Positions 1 through 13,337 of a DNA stretch of 64,000 nucleotides are shown here, one piece after another. The translations under genes and the position numbers were made by a program. How positions within the stretch are numbered: the stretch's first letter is position 1; each line of letters opens with the position of its first letter. Below the pieces are notes generated by a model. It saw only the letters and a program-made list of their open reading frames with translations, made no database searches and was not told where the DNA came from. This stretch comes from Eledone cirrhosa (taxonomy: Eukaryota), in NCBI GenBank assembly GCA_964016885.1, contig OZ024741.1, positions 183,272,001 to 183,336,000 on the forward strand, given 5' to 3'.

Positions 1-25
1 ATATATATATATATTATATATATAA

Positions 26-86
<61 letters not shown>

Positions 87-139
87 TATATATATATAGA
101 TATATATAAATATGTATATATATATAAATATGTATATAT

Positions 140-174
<35 letters not shown>

Positions 175-899
175 AATATGTATATATATATATATATATA
201 TAAATATGTATATATATATATAAATATGTATATATATATATATATAAATATGTATATATATATATATATAAATATGTATATATATATATATATATAAATA
301 TGTATATATATATAAATATGTATATATATATATAAATATGTATATATATATATATAAATATGTATATATATATATATAAATATGTATATATATATATATA
401 AATATGTATATATATATATATAAATATGTATATATATATATATAAATATGTATATATATATATATAAATATGTATATATATATATATAAATATGTATATA
501 TACTGCTAGCGTAAACCTCTTCAAATGAAGTTGATGTTTATTACGGTATGTCGAATATATTTATCTATAAAACTGTTTATATTGTATTTTGTCTGATGAA
601 GGCATAGCATATTGTTAATATGATATCCCCGAAATATATATAATGAAATAGATATGGTTTTATAAATATAGTTTTCCATTTATTTAATATTGTAAATATA
701 CTCCAAATATTTGTTGAGTGCTTTTATATCAGTTATAAATATTTACTAGTTGTAACCCAACAATTTTAAATATAACTTTACATATATATAAATATGTATA
801 TATATATATATAAATATGTATATATATATATATAAATATGTATATATATATATATAAATATGTGTATATATATATAAATATGTATATATATATATATAA

Positions 900-940
<41 letters not shown>

Positions 941-1100
941 TATATATATATAAATATGTATATATATATAAATATGTATATATATATATATATAAATATG
1001 TATATATATATATATAAATATGTATATATATATATATAAATATGTATATATATATATATATATATAAATATAAATATGTATATATATATATATAAATATG

Positions 1101-1133
<33 letters not shown>

Positions 1134-1150
1134 ATATATATATATATATA
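1..1150. repeat. (TA)n-AATATG compound microsatellite with a unique island at ~503-780
   Basis: Direct inspection. Confidence 0.95.
585..650 (+). ncRNA. Type I hammerhead ribozyme (degenerate stem II)
   Basis: Stem I UAUUUUGU/AUGAAAUA. CUGAUGA at 593-599. Long imperfect stem II with core CAUAUU-GUU-AAUAUG. GAAA at 631-634. Palindromic stem III AUAUAUAU with cleavage predicted after 642. Lies in an island between (TA)n arrays. Confidence 0.7.
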
Positions 1151-1457
1151 TGTGAAAAAATGGGGAGAAGAATACTGCTGGTTGCACATGGATAACATGT
1201 AATAAAATAAGTCCCTCATCAGTGATTTGCCGACGATCATAGATATTTCATTGCATTAAAAATCATATACCTCACGTCGGTGCAATAATAACTAAATTAA
1301 GTTATTAGGACAATTAAAACGCGTAAAGCGAGTGAAACAAGATAACAACAAAGAGGATAGCTAACCGTAGAAGGAAGGGAACAAGCTTCATAGTTATTCT
1401 GTTAGCATAAGCTAGGTGAATATATGAGTGATATATATATATATATAAATATGTATA

Positions 1458-2315
1458 TCATCATCATCATCATTTTACGTCTGCTCTTCCCTGCTTGCAA
1501 GGGTGGGATGGGTCTTATTCAGCACAACATCTCTCCACTTGTCACAGTCCTTCGTCATCTCCACCGTGAGCTTCAGCGATCTGAGGTCTGTTCTCACCAC
1601 CTCCGCCCATGTTTTTCGTGGTCTACCTCTACCACGTCTTCCTTCAACTGGCATTTCCTGGCACTTCTTCACCCATCGGTCATCCTCCATGTGCATCACA
1701 TGTCCATACCACCTCAGTCTCCTCTCCCGTACACTACATTCTATCCCTCTCAGACACAGTTTCTCTCTCAACACATTCATGCTGGGTCGTTCACGCATAT
1801 TTACACTGCACATCTAACGGAGCATGCTTGCCTCATTTCTCTCCAGCCGTCGCATATCCTCTGCAGTTGCTGTCCATGACTCACTACCTTGCAACATCGC
1901 GCTCCTCACACAGGCATCATATAACCGGCCTTTCGTACGCAGGGAGAAACCCTTCTTCGTCAGCAGAGGAAGCAGCTTCCTAAACTTCTTCCAACCCGAC
2001 CTTATTCTAGATACTATGGCCTCGGACCCCCCCCCCCTCCCCTCCCATGCTAATCTGATCTCCTAGGTACCAGAAGCTATCCACCACTTCTATAGCACCC
2101 GCCTGCAGTTGAAAAATGTGTCTATCAATGCGACTTCTACTGTCTAATTTCCCTGTACATCTACTGCATACATATTTCTCCCTACCTGTTAGTTTGCCTG
2201 CTATCCCGTTACATCTCTTGTGTACCCAGGATCTGCATTGTGTGCATTTTATAGAATTTATGCCAGTTCCTTTTCTGCATATCGAACATGGCCATTTCCC
2301 TGACGTAATCAGAGT

Positions 2316-2317
<2 letters not shown>
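1458..2317 (-). mobile_element. RTE LINE family A, 3' fragment
   Basis: ORF remnants WPCSICRK...WVHKRC and [12 protein letters not shown]...GRPRKTW; (ATG)n tail; ends at (TA)n. Confidence 0.9.
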
Positions 2318-2371
<54 letters not shown>

Positions 2372-2858
2372 TGTATATATATATATATATAGACTCCGAG
2401 CAAGATGGTTGGATAATATCCATGAGTTCGACTGATCTTGCTTGTGGATCCAGCCAGATCAATTGGAGATGGTTGCTTCTGACAGGACTCACTGGAAGGA
2501 GTGTTTAGGACTCTTCCCCCATGATCCTCCCAGGAATAAGTGAACAAAGAAGAAGTTCATGGCATGTAATTTGTGGAAAATCCACCTCAGAAATCTTACT
2601 TATGAATATATACTTCATAAAACACTCACCCACAGACCATTCATATACATACACTCACACATATATAATGTATAGGCACTCCAGTTTTGGGAATAGGTAC
2701 ATCATATCCCCATGTGCCATTAAAAGTAACAAACTATTCAGTCTAACACAAACTTGCATAGATAAGCAGATGTAAAAAACAAAGATGGCAGTGATATATA
2801 TATTTATGGAGAAAGAGAGAGAAAGAGGGGGGGGGGAGAAGGAGCGAGAGAGAGAGAG

Positions 2859-2964
2859 ATGACTTCTACAGGACTAACATTGTTTTAGTCATATGAAATC
2901 ATCAAGAAAGTCTTTTCTGATGAATTCATACGAATAAAACAGTTCTAGTCATGTAGAAGTCATT
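2859..2964. ncRNA. Degenerate inverted pair of hammerhead ribozymes (same family as 7277-7385)
   Basis: + copy: CUGAUGA(2917-2923)-AUUC AUAC GAAU-AAAAC(G12 changed to A)-AGUUCUAGUCAUGUA-GAAGUC. A mirrored, more decayed copy lies on the - strand. Confidence 0.65.
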
Positions 2965-3504
2965 TCTATCTATATTAATAAAGCTGACGGCCGTATGTAT
3001 GTAACAAACTTTTGGCAAAATGGCTGGACCAAACAACACCAAATTTGCACCATAGATGTAACTTTTTCCAAGGAAGAAAGTGAGGGTATTTTTGTCTACT
3101 AAATTTCGTTATTATTGATTAAAGATATTTTGTTTATCTAAAGATTCACTTCTTTAAAATGTTCAAATGTCAACACTTCCGGGTAGCGATCACTTAAATA
3201 AACATTAATATATTTTGCAGTTTATATATAATATCGTCTTTTTTTTGTAAGGTATCATGGATTACATTTCTGTGTATATTGTCAATCTCTATCTATATTA
3301 ATAAAGCTGACTACATTACTGGTACTTTATTATATATAATATATATAATACGACATTCTTACTCTCTTTCTTACTCTGTCTTTTTAGATAGATACATAGC
3401 TATAACGTTGCATGCTTATAATATCTGTCTGTATGTCTGCCTGTCTGCATTGACTTTGCTTCTAACCAACTTTTAATTAATTATATATATATATAATTAT
3501 ATAT

Positions 3505-3853
3505 TCGTGTACATATTTTCAACAGTAATACTATACTATATATTTTCAACAGTAATACTATACTATACTATATATTTTCAACAGTAATAATATACTATAC
3601 ATTTTCAACAGTAATAATATACTATATATTTTCAACAGTAATAATATACTATACATTTTCAACAGAAATACTATACTATATATTTTCAACAGTAATACTA
3701 TAATATACTATATATTTTCAACAGTTATACTATACTATATATTTTCAACAGTAATACTATACTACACTATATATTTTCAACAGTCATACTATACTATACT
3801 ATATATTTTCAACAGAAATACTATACTATACTATATATTTTCAACAGTAATAT
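3505..3853. repeat. ~27-32 bp minisatellite
   Basis: About 12 copies of ctatactatatattttcaacagtaata. Confidence 0.9.
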
Positions 3854-4760
3854 GCCTCTTGTACCCTATATTCGTCAATCTCAATAGCTGGTCCCTCTGT
3901 TGGGTCTACTGGGGATAAGTTCTCTCTGTCCTATTCATTCTCCACATTCATCAGTCTCTCATAGTGACATTTCCAGGCCTCCTTTTTTTGATCATTTGTG
4001 ACACTAAGTACACCAGCATCATTCCAGACACACTTATCTCCAACAACATCCTGATTTGCACTGGCACATTGCCTTGCAATGCGGAACACCGCACGTCTCT
4101 GATCTTCCCGTCGCAGAACATTGACAAACCTCCTACTCTCAGCCTCCTTGCGTGCTAAGTACACCTGACGTCTAGCTTCTCTCTTAGCGGCTGTGTATCC
4201 TTCTCTACTCCCACCATTTCCCCAAGCCTTCCATGCCAGTCTTTTATCTGTAATGGCCCTATCTACTGTGTTGTTCCACCACTGGGTCACTCTCTGTCTG
4301 GTTGAAGCTCTGCCCCAACCACAAGTTTCTTCAGTAGCCTGCAGTAAGTTGTCACACAAGAAATTCCAGTTATCATCTATGTCATACAACTCTAAATCGT
4401 CTTATTTTTCGCCGTACACGTCTTGAAGGGCTTTGCTAAATTTATATTTTAATGAAGGGTCTTTTAGCTTCCAGACCTTTCTTTTCCACACCTTCCTGTA
4501 TGTCTCATTCTTTCTCATGCTTACTGAGATGTCACTAACGACTAACCTATGCTGTGGGGTACATTCTTCCCCAGGGTATGCCTTAGTATATGACACCATC
4601 TGTCTGTCTCGCTATTTAACTAGCAGGAAGTCAATCTGGCTTATGTGCTTGCCCGATTTGTAGGTTATTAGGTGGTTGGTACGTTTCTGGAAGTTAGTGT
4701 TGCAAATGGTTAGTGCATTTGCATCACAAAATTCAAGAAGCCTCACTCCTTCCTCTGTCA
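3850..4760 (-). mobile_element. RTE LINE family A, endonuclease and linker fragment
   Basis: QIDFLLV, QHRLVVSD, WWNNTVDRAI; closely similar to 29850-30575. Confidence 0.88.
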
Positions 4761-4806
4761 TTGTGGTTTAAGTGATTTTTTATGTGGTTGATTTATTTGA
4801 TATATT

Positions 4807-4870
4807 TAAAATATATACAGTATTTCCTCTCCCAATCAGTATTGGGAGAGGAAATACTGTATATATTTTA
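4807..4870. repeat. Perfect 30-bp-arm hairpin
   Basis: taaaatatatacagtatttcctctcccaat-cagt-reverse complement. Confidence 0.9.
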
Positions 4871-7160
4871 TCTAATGATTCTTTGGACTTACTTTTTTAT
4901 ATATTGCTCTGATTATTAATTATTTAATTAATTCTGGGTTTCCTGCTGGTCAGTTTTGTCCATAAAATCTGTCCAGCAATTCTTTCCTAAGACTACATGT
5001 CCATATATTTTGGTTGACTTGTGTGTGTTGGTGTCCTGGATCTTTAGAAAGACACCTAAGCAATGGTAATTGGGAGTAATAATCCCAATTTTCAAAGAGA
5101 GATTGCTCAAATAATAGAGGGATCTTCTTGTTAAGCGTCCCTGGTAAAATTTATGCTACGTGTCCAGCAAAGAGATGTAGGGATATTGTTGAGTCCAAGC
5201 TAGCTGATGAACAGTGTGGTTTTCACCCCTGATGCAGCACAGCCAACCAAATATATGCCATGGGCTAATTGGAAAAATCAACATCCTATTCTATAAACTT
5301 TATGAACGGCCAAAATGCATTTAACTCTGTAGAAATACCAGCATTGATGATAGTTATAACAAACCAAAATATAGAACCAGCATATATCAATGTCGTAAAA
5401 TTTATCTACTACCATGTGAAGATTTTCTTCAGATTAAACAAACTTTCAAACAAATTATTATTCAAAACGGGGTGTAAGACAAGGAGATTATCCTTCTAAA
5501 TTATTTACAACCTGCTCAGAAGAAATGATTTGAGAATTGCATTCGGTGGAATAAGAAATGTGAATTAAAATTGATAGTAAATTTCTTACATAGCATTGAT
5601 TTGCAGATGACATAATTATCATGTCAGGAAACTTGTCCAAATTTCAAACTATGTTTAAACAATTGAATAAAGAAGGCAAGGTAATACGATAAAGAAGGAA
5701 TTGTCTTAAAAAAATGATCAGGAGCATTCTGAAATACCAACTGAAATATGCTTGTGCTTTTCAACCTTTGCTGTGAGCCAAAAATTGATAAGAAGAGCCT
5801 TGGCCAACTGATAACAACACAACCAGGATACGAAATATAAATAAAATGGAATTATCTTAGGTTGGTATGTTCCATTTTTAAAAACAAAACGATCACTACA
5901 ATCCTCACAAGCTTTAACCCTATATATACTATTGGATTTTCACATTATTATTACATCATTATTTCACATAATATTGAATCTATGAGATTTCGATATTATT
6001 TAGTTTGAGAACAATACCTTAATATGAGGGGATGGTTACAGCCAGTTTAAACAGAAAGAGGTGAGGGAATTCTGGCCGGATATGGCTGCTTTAAATGCTA
6101 AAGGGTTAAAAGACAAATGTACAACAAATGTGTCATTACCATAATAATTTCTACTGGGTTGAAAAATGACCTAACAAACAAGCTTAGAATAGTTCAATAT
6201 ATACACAAATATGTTTTACTTGAAATAACAGGAAACAACCCTAAAACATTAACATGGATCCAAAAGCAAATGAATGTTAAATGATAATAATTATGAAAAT
6301 TATTGTGTGCAGTGCTCAGGTGCACTACAACTCATCAAAGGTGCATGTAAAGTACATGGAATAATGTACAAATGTCAGGAAAGTGAACAGTGTATGAGTC
6401 ATGATACACAGATACATGCGTACATGTTTATGGAAGGGAATATCAGGTGTAATGTTGGCAAATTTTCAACTTCAAAACATCTTGCAATTGGAGTTAAACT
6501 AGATACATCCAAAGGATGTGTGACAACAGGTAGATGAAAAAAGCTGACAGACTGGATTCTGAGAGACCACAAAAGAAATACAAGACAGCAATAAACAAAA
6601 TGGAGGGATGAGCTTCATAGATTTGACCAAGAACCAAATGATCGAGAACCAAAAACTGAAAGTTATGGAGAAATAAGGTGAAGGTTTTTTTATCCAGCTG
6701 TGGGAGAGCAATAGATGATTTGATTGATTGATATTTATATAAATATACATATATATATATATGTCAAAACATTCTGTTACATAATATAAACATGCCATCT
6801 CAGTATGTTTGTTGTCAAAATATTATTGAAAACTTCCTTTCTTCTTTTCCTCTTATTATTCATCTCCTCTCAACCCCAAGACACTTCTGTTTCCCATTAC
6901 TTCTTAATCAAGGACACAGAAAAAAATTATACCAACATACATACAGATGTATATAGCCAGTAAATTGGTTGCTTACATACTTAACCCTTTTGATATCAAT
7001 CCACTCAAAACTAAATCTTCTATGAAAATAAAACCACCCATTTCAAAGGGTTCTTATTTAAATTTAGATTTTCCAACATAATTTTATACAAGACAAGGTC
7101 ACCCAACCTAACATTGCCCACAACAGGACAACCCATCTAACCCATGCTAGCGGTGATATA

Positions 7161-7198
<38 letters not shown>

Positions 7199-7280
7199 AG
7201 TTATTCTGGGTTGAATCGGAGGTAACCACAGTAAGTAAGGTACTCAATACATAGTAGAGTATAAATGTTTTAATATAGAA

Positions 7281-7334
7281 GAGCTTCTACAGGACTAGAA
7301 CTGTTTCATTCATGATAAATCATCAGGAGAGCTT
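7281..7334 (-). ncRNA. Type I hammerhead ribozyme, inverted partner of 7327-7383
   Basis: Reverse complement reads AAGCUCUC CUGAUGA UUUAUCAUGAAU GAA ACAG UUCUAGUC CUGU A|GAAGCUC. Stem I has a 1-nt bulge. Confidence 0.72.
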
Positions 7335-7383
7335 CCTGATGATTTCTCATGAATGAAACAGTTCTAGTCTTGTAGAAGCTCTT
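7327..7383 (+). ncRNA. Type I hammerhead ribozyme
   Basis: Stem I GAGAGCUUC/GAAGCUCUU. CUGAUGA at 7336-7342. Stem II U-UUC-UCAU-GAA-U. GAAA at 7355-7358. Stem III ACAG/UUGU. GUA cleavage triplet ends at 7374. Confidence 0.8.
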
Positions 7384-8170
7384 CTATATATATATATATA
7401 TATATAATATGTGTGTATCTGTTTGTGTGTGCATGTATGTATATTTATGTGCTTGTTTGTCTCATCTCTTCGCATTTAACATTGCAGGCATAATGTTTTA
7501 ATATTCCACACAAAGAACCCACTGTTCAGCTGTTAGATAGGCAAAGATATATTGTCCGGCCCATGCCAACGGAAAAATGGACATAAAACTGCTGGTAATG
7601 ATGGCATATATCAGTAGATGGTATAGGCTGGCAGCAAGAACTGGGAAAAGACATTGCCTTTTGTATGTCAAGGACATTTTAAGTTATATTTGGGTCTCCC
7701 AAATAACCCTATGTGTTTTCTCACTCTTTAAATTGTTGGCCTTGTGCCTAAAATCGGAAACAATTATTAGGGCAGTAAATTAGCAGAATCATTAGAGCTT
7801 CAGTCAAATTACTTTATGGTATTTGTTTTGGCTCTATATGTTCTGATTTCAAATCCTACTAAGGCCAAATTTACCTCTTATCATTCCAGAGGTAATAACA
7901 TAAAGCACATGTCAAGTACTGGATTTAATATAATCGATCACCTCTGTTGATTTAAATTCATGTTAGAAACAATTATTATTTTTATTGTTACTGTTGTTCT
8001 GTTTTCTTATTCTCGTATTTTTCTCATTTGTCATTCAATCAAAAGATTTGATTAATTCTTATCTATAACCCTTATAATCTCAAACAACCAAATACTTTTA
8101 TCCAGTCTGACTTGTACTAACATTGCTGTTGGTGAGATATCTCATTTGTATTAATTTATTTACATATCTA

Positions 8171-8240
<70 letters not shown>

Positions 8241-11200
8241 TCCTCTCTCTACACACATGCACATATATCCTCATCACCATTTTCCGCTATTTTCCATGCT
8301 TGCATGCATTAGACAGGTTGTCACATTCTCTGGCTAGACAGGTCAAATGACTGATAATGTATGTGTATATGTGTATGTATGTATGTATGTATATTTGTGT
8401 GAATGAATGTATGTATGAACTATATATATATATATTATAAATATAATATATATATATAATGTATATATATATATATATATATATAAAGTGCTTGTGTAGG
8501 TGTCATGACAAAAATGCACCCAGCCCGCACTGTGAAGTGGCTGTATAGGTGTCACAACAAAAAGTACCCAGTATTTGCTGTAAATGTGGTTGGCATCAGG
8601 AAGGGCATCCAGCAGTAGACCTGAAGCCAACATCAGTTCTGTATGAGCAAGACATAGTCACCTAATCTGGCCTATCTCACAACAGGACAACTCGTCTAAC
8701 CCATGCTGACATTGAAAAATAGATGTTAAACAGTGATGATGATGTTGATAGTGTGTGTGTATAAATTAGGTTATGCATCTGAAATTTGGTTATATATCTG
8801 AAATACATAAGTATTTGCACATATTTTGAATCATCTATCCTGATTTTTAATTCTATTATCTCTATATCTCATCAAGTTGGCAGAATTGTTAGTGTCAGAT
8901 AAAATTATTTGTACTGTTCATTCTTACTCTCTCTCTGCACTTTGAGTTCAAATCCCACCAAAGTCAGCTATGACATTTGTTCTTTCAGAGTTGATAAATA
9001 AAGTACCAGTCCAGTATTAAAGTTGATTCTGTTTTAAGTGGTGAATTAGAAAAAATTAGGAAAGCATCAGACAAACTTTCTTGTGGTATTTGTTCTGGTT
9101 CTTTATATTTTGAGTTTAAATCCAGTTGAGCTCAGATTTCCATTTCATCCTCCCAGATGTCAATAAAATAAAGTGGTAGTCAATTGAATCTTCCCTTTCC
9201 ATCAGATTATTATTGTTATTGTTAGTGGTGAATTTGCAGTATCAGTAGAGAGTCAGACACCCTGCTTCGCCCTTTGCATTCTGAGTTCAAATCCCACCAA
9301 GGTTAGCTTTGCCGTTCATCCTTATAAAATAAAGCACTAATAATACACTGGGGTCAATTTAATCAACTTTCTCCTCTCCAAATATTGTTGGACTTGTGCC
9401 TAAATCAGAAACCATTATTATTTTTATTGATAGATTGGCAGAATCATTAGAGCATCAAACATAATGTCTCGCTGGATTGGCAGTATCGGTCGAGGGTCGG
9501 GCGCCATGCTTTCCAGCATAGTTACGTCCCTTTACGATCTGAGTTCAAATCCCGCCGAGGTTGACTTTGCCTTTCATCCTTACGGGGTCGATAAAATAAA
9601 GTACCAGTAATGCACTGGGTAATTGCTGGCCTTGTGCCTAAAGTAGAAACAATTATTTAATTATGGATCTTTATGTTCTGAGTTCAAATCTTGCTGTGAT
9701 CAACATTGCTTTTCATGCTTTTGGAGTTGATTAAATAAACTACCAAGATTGGAAGTTCAATATGTGATTAAAGGTCTACCAAATATAAACAAAATCTTTG
9801 AGTACATAGAAGCTACGAAAAAATTCAACAATAGAAACTTCTAGTTGTTTTACAACATCCCTTGTTTTCTATTTTCCTTTTCTTATGCATAATCTACCTT
9901 CCATTGGCTTTCAATATTTGAAATTTTTATTTTTATTTTTATTTTTATTTTTATTTTTATTTTTATTTTTACTTTTATTTTTATTTTTATTTTTATTTTT
10001 ATTTATTCAAAGTAATCCAACTTATTTTACAAACGGGATAAAAAAATATATTCTAGATACAGTCCCGCACTCCTTTATTATAGTTAAGATAGTGCTACTT
10101 AATTTGTGAATATTCAGTTGTTCTATAGCACAATCCAACCAGATGCCCCTGTTGTCAGACAAGTAACAGATATAAGGTCAATAGGCTCTTTTCTGTTACA
10201 AATTGCTGTCTATAAAGACTTATATAGATGAGTTTGAAACAGAAAAGAATTGTAAGCTCTATGACAGCAATTGAACCATGTATTTATTGCTTGCCAGACA
10301 ACTGTCTTACTGATTAGACTACAGAATTTCTGCTATTTTAATTTTTTTAATTTAAATTTCTTTTTTAATCATTTAGTCGGAGGAAGATGAACAGTACTCT
10401 TTACATTTTTAAGGACGATTGGAAGGAGAGATGTGTGTTGGACCTCCGTTGGTTGCAATGATGAGTGTTCCAGTTTTTTTTATTAACAAAACAGCCTGCT
10501 TGTGAAATTAACATGCAAGTGTATCCTTAAAGTAGTTCTCAGACACAAGATCTGACAAGGCTGGCCTCTTTGAATTGCAGGTACAACTCATATTTTCCAT
10601 CTAAGTTGACCGGAGCAATGTGAAATAGTATCTTGCTTAAGGACACAACAGCATGCCAGGAATTGAATTTACGACTTTATAATCATAAGCTGAACACCCT
10701 AACCACTAAGCTACATGGCTTCACAGAGGGAGAAAGCCAGGAAGTTAACCTGGCTAGAGACCTGATCCAAATGTTTCTCTAAAGGTGCACATGGACCAGG
10801 TGTTGACTCTGTTAAATGGAGTGATAGACTAAGTCTACCATTCAAAAATAAGAACACATCCTACAAATAATTTTCATACAGATTCCAGCCACCAAGTTTC
10901 ATTCACAAGACTTTGACTGACCCAAGGTGCTGTTCAGTGCGATTGAACCTATAACTATGCAGTCATATCTGACATTATATGATCTTCTGTTATGACAACC
11001 ACTCACCGTCGCCATCAGATTCTTTGTTAAGAATCTTCATTGCATCGTCAAAAATAATCCTCTAGACATTCTCTAACAGCTTTTGTCCAAGGCAAATACT
11101 ATCAGTTGTCTAATTCAAGATTCTATATCCTAATTACTTTTCTTCTATTTCTAATTATTCTCATTAATCCACTTATTATCCTGATGATTACCTTAATAAT

Positions 11201-11639
11201 TGCAGCTTAATACTTTCATAGCTAATGTATTAATGCTGCTAAATTTGTTGTTTGCATTGTCTTTTCTTCAGATTTAATCCATCTATTATACTTAAATATT
11301 TCATATTGAATTCTGTTTTCTTTTAATATCTAATCAACTTGTTATATCATATTATAACTAGTAGTAGTAGTACCTGACAGTGTTCAGGAAAGAGATGACT
11401 CAGCCAGTGAACATTTTCTTGGAAAATAATATTTGCAACTGCATAATTATATTATTTGAAACACAATGGTTATATTCAGGATGTCTATGATATGATCACT
11501 GAAACTCTTTAAGATATTGCCCCAGTATGTTCTTAGACCAACTGAAATACTGAAACCAAATCTGAAAGATCTGATTCATTCTTATCGTTATTGTCCTTGT
11601 TTTATTGATTATATATGTATGGAACTAAAACACCACTGC

Positions 11640-13030
11640 TCTTCACCACCCTTAAACTGAACAGCATGTAATTAAAGTCCTAATTTTCATTCCAAATGCT
11701 TGACCCTGCTCTCATTGAGGATTTCTCATGGCAAACGTGCATCCTAACCATAGCTAGAACTGCACCTAAAAGACTGGCCCTTCTCTTCAGAGTCAGAAAA
11801 TACTTCAGCTTCAAAACAACTTCTGACCCTGTAAAAAGCTCAGGTAAGACCCATAATGGAGTACTGCTCATACATCTTGGAGAGTGTTGCTGCAACACAT
11901 ACAACTATCCTAAACCACATCTAGAAAAAGGCCATTCTTCTGATTGGCATTAAGTCACTGACAAACTCTGGCCTAAATTTCTACCATTACTACAGGGTGG
12001 TCCAAAAGTCTTGTCAGTCACCACCTACCAAAAAATAACAAGAAACAGTTTATGTTCTCATCGCAGTATCATCCTCTTCAGAGGAGCTGGTTTGCCGAAT
12101 CTTGCAGTGAAGTGATGTCACACATCCTCCATGCTCTTGCCAGAATGCACACGATCATGTGTCCATACACTTGCAAGCAGCTTCTCATCCAAACTGTAGG
12201 AGCTCTGAAATATAAAATTATATTATTATTACTGAGTTCAAATCCCGCCGAGGTTGACTTTGCCTTTCATCCTTACGGGGTCGATAAAATAAAGTACCAG
12301 TAATGCACTGGGGTAATTGCTGGCCTTGTGCCAAAAGTAGAAACAATTATTATTATATATTATAGAGTTCAAATCCCGCCGAGGTTAACTTTGCCTTTCA
12401 TCCTTACAGGGTCAATAAAATAAAGTACCAGTAATGCACTGGGGTAATTGCTGGCCTTGTGCCAAAAGTAGAAACAATTATTATATATTATAATTAATGA
12501 TATTATATATTATATCATTAAAACAAAAAATAATTGTTTCTACTTTTGGCACAAGACCAGCAATTACCCAGTACATTACTGGTACTTTATTTTATTGACC
12601 CCGTAAGGATGAAAGGCAAAGTTAACCTCGGCGGGATTTGAACTCAGACGTAACTATGCTAGAAAACATGGCGTCCAATCCTCTACCGATACTGCCAATT
12701 CACCGCCCTAAAAACATTAAAACAAAAATAATGAAAGTTAAAACAATATGTGACAAGACTTTCAGACTACCCTGTACAATGATATTTGCTTCTTGAATCT
12801 GGCTGACCTCATTCCACCTTCACTCAAGTGCTCCCACCTCACTTGTCTCTCCTTCTCTCATCATACATATTGTGTCTAACACTTCAGGTTCTGCACTAAC
12901 CATTATGCCTAATCCTTAGAATATTGTCCCTCTGAAATTCTTTCCCTTCACATATATTTTATACAGGAGTTGATCTGCAACAATTTAAATTGAACATCAA
13001 CAGTTTCAATTTCATCTGTCTTAGAGGGCT
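11640..13030 (+). mobile_element. Decayed L2/Jockey/CR1-group LINE 3' region, interrupted by a Tc1-type element
   Basis: Remnants SWQTCILTIARTAPKRLALLFRVRKYF and FYHYY|NDIC, which is continuous across the insertion. Confidence 0.55.
11993..12774 (-). mobile_element. Internally deleted Tc1/mariner-superfamily element containing three SINEs
   Basis: 24-bp TIRs cagggtggtccaaaagtcttgtca / tgacaagactttcagactaccctg, TA on both sides. The - strand carries an N-terminal HTH-like remnant YSLDEKLL...FTARFGKPAPLKRMILR*EHKLF. Confidence 0.8.
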
Positions 13031-13337
13031 TGCAAAGGTCCTTAGCAATTTATTAGTCATCACATTTTTGGATTAACTATCCATTATCAAATGGCGGTCT
13101 ATAGGGAGGGGCTTCGTAGAACTCAGAGTTTTATTTCCTGGTAGCTGTTTATTTTAAACGTTTCAGTTATGTTAGGGTTAAATGTATGCATGCATGTAAA
13201 AAGTATATGTTGTGCTGTTAATGTATATATCTATTGATGTATGTGTGTATGCAAGAACGTGTGTGTATGTGTAAGCATGTATATGATGTATTGATGTATG
13301 TGTGTACATAAATGTAAGTGCATATATGTGTAAATAT

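Noticed and set aside
729-1240. Long YI/ER/SL/VC-repeat ORFs here and throughout the ORF track
   Set aside because: These are translations of (TA)n, (GA)n and (GT)n microsatellites.
1150-1245. CUGAUGA on the - strand in a TA-flanked island
   Set aside because: No GAAA and no stem I closure could be found.
3170-3190. ETS-like ACTTCCGG promoter motif
   Set aside because: A single short motif inside a probable repeat, with no other promoter evidence.
3505-3853. Regularly spaced repeats superficially like a CRISPR array (also 60375-63840)
   Set aside because: No unique spacers, no cas genes, and a eukaryotic context; these are mini- and satellite repeats.
5200-5260. CUGAUGA followed by a weak hairpin
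   Set aside because: GAAA is missing and the stems are poor.
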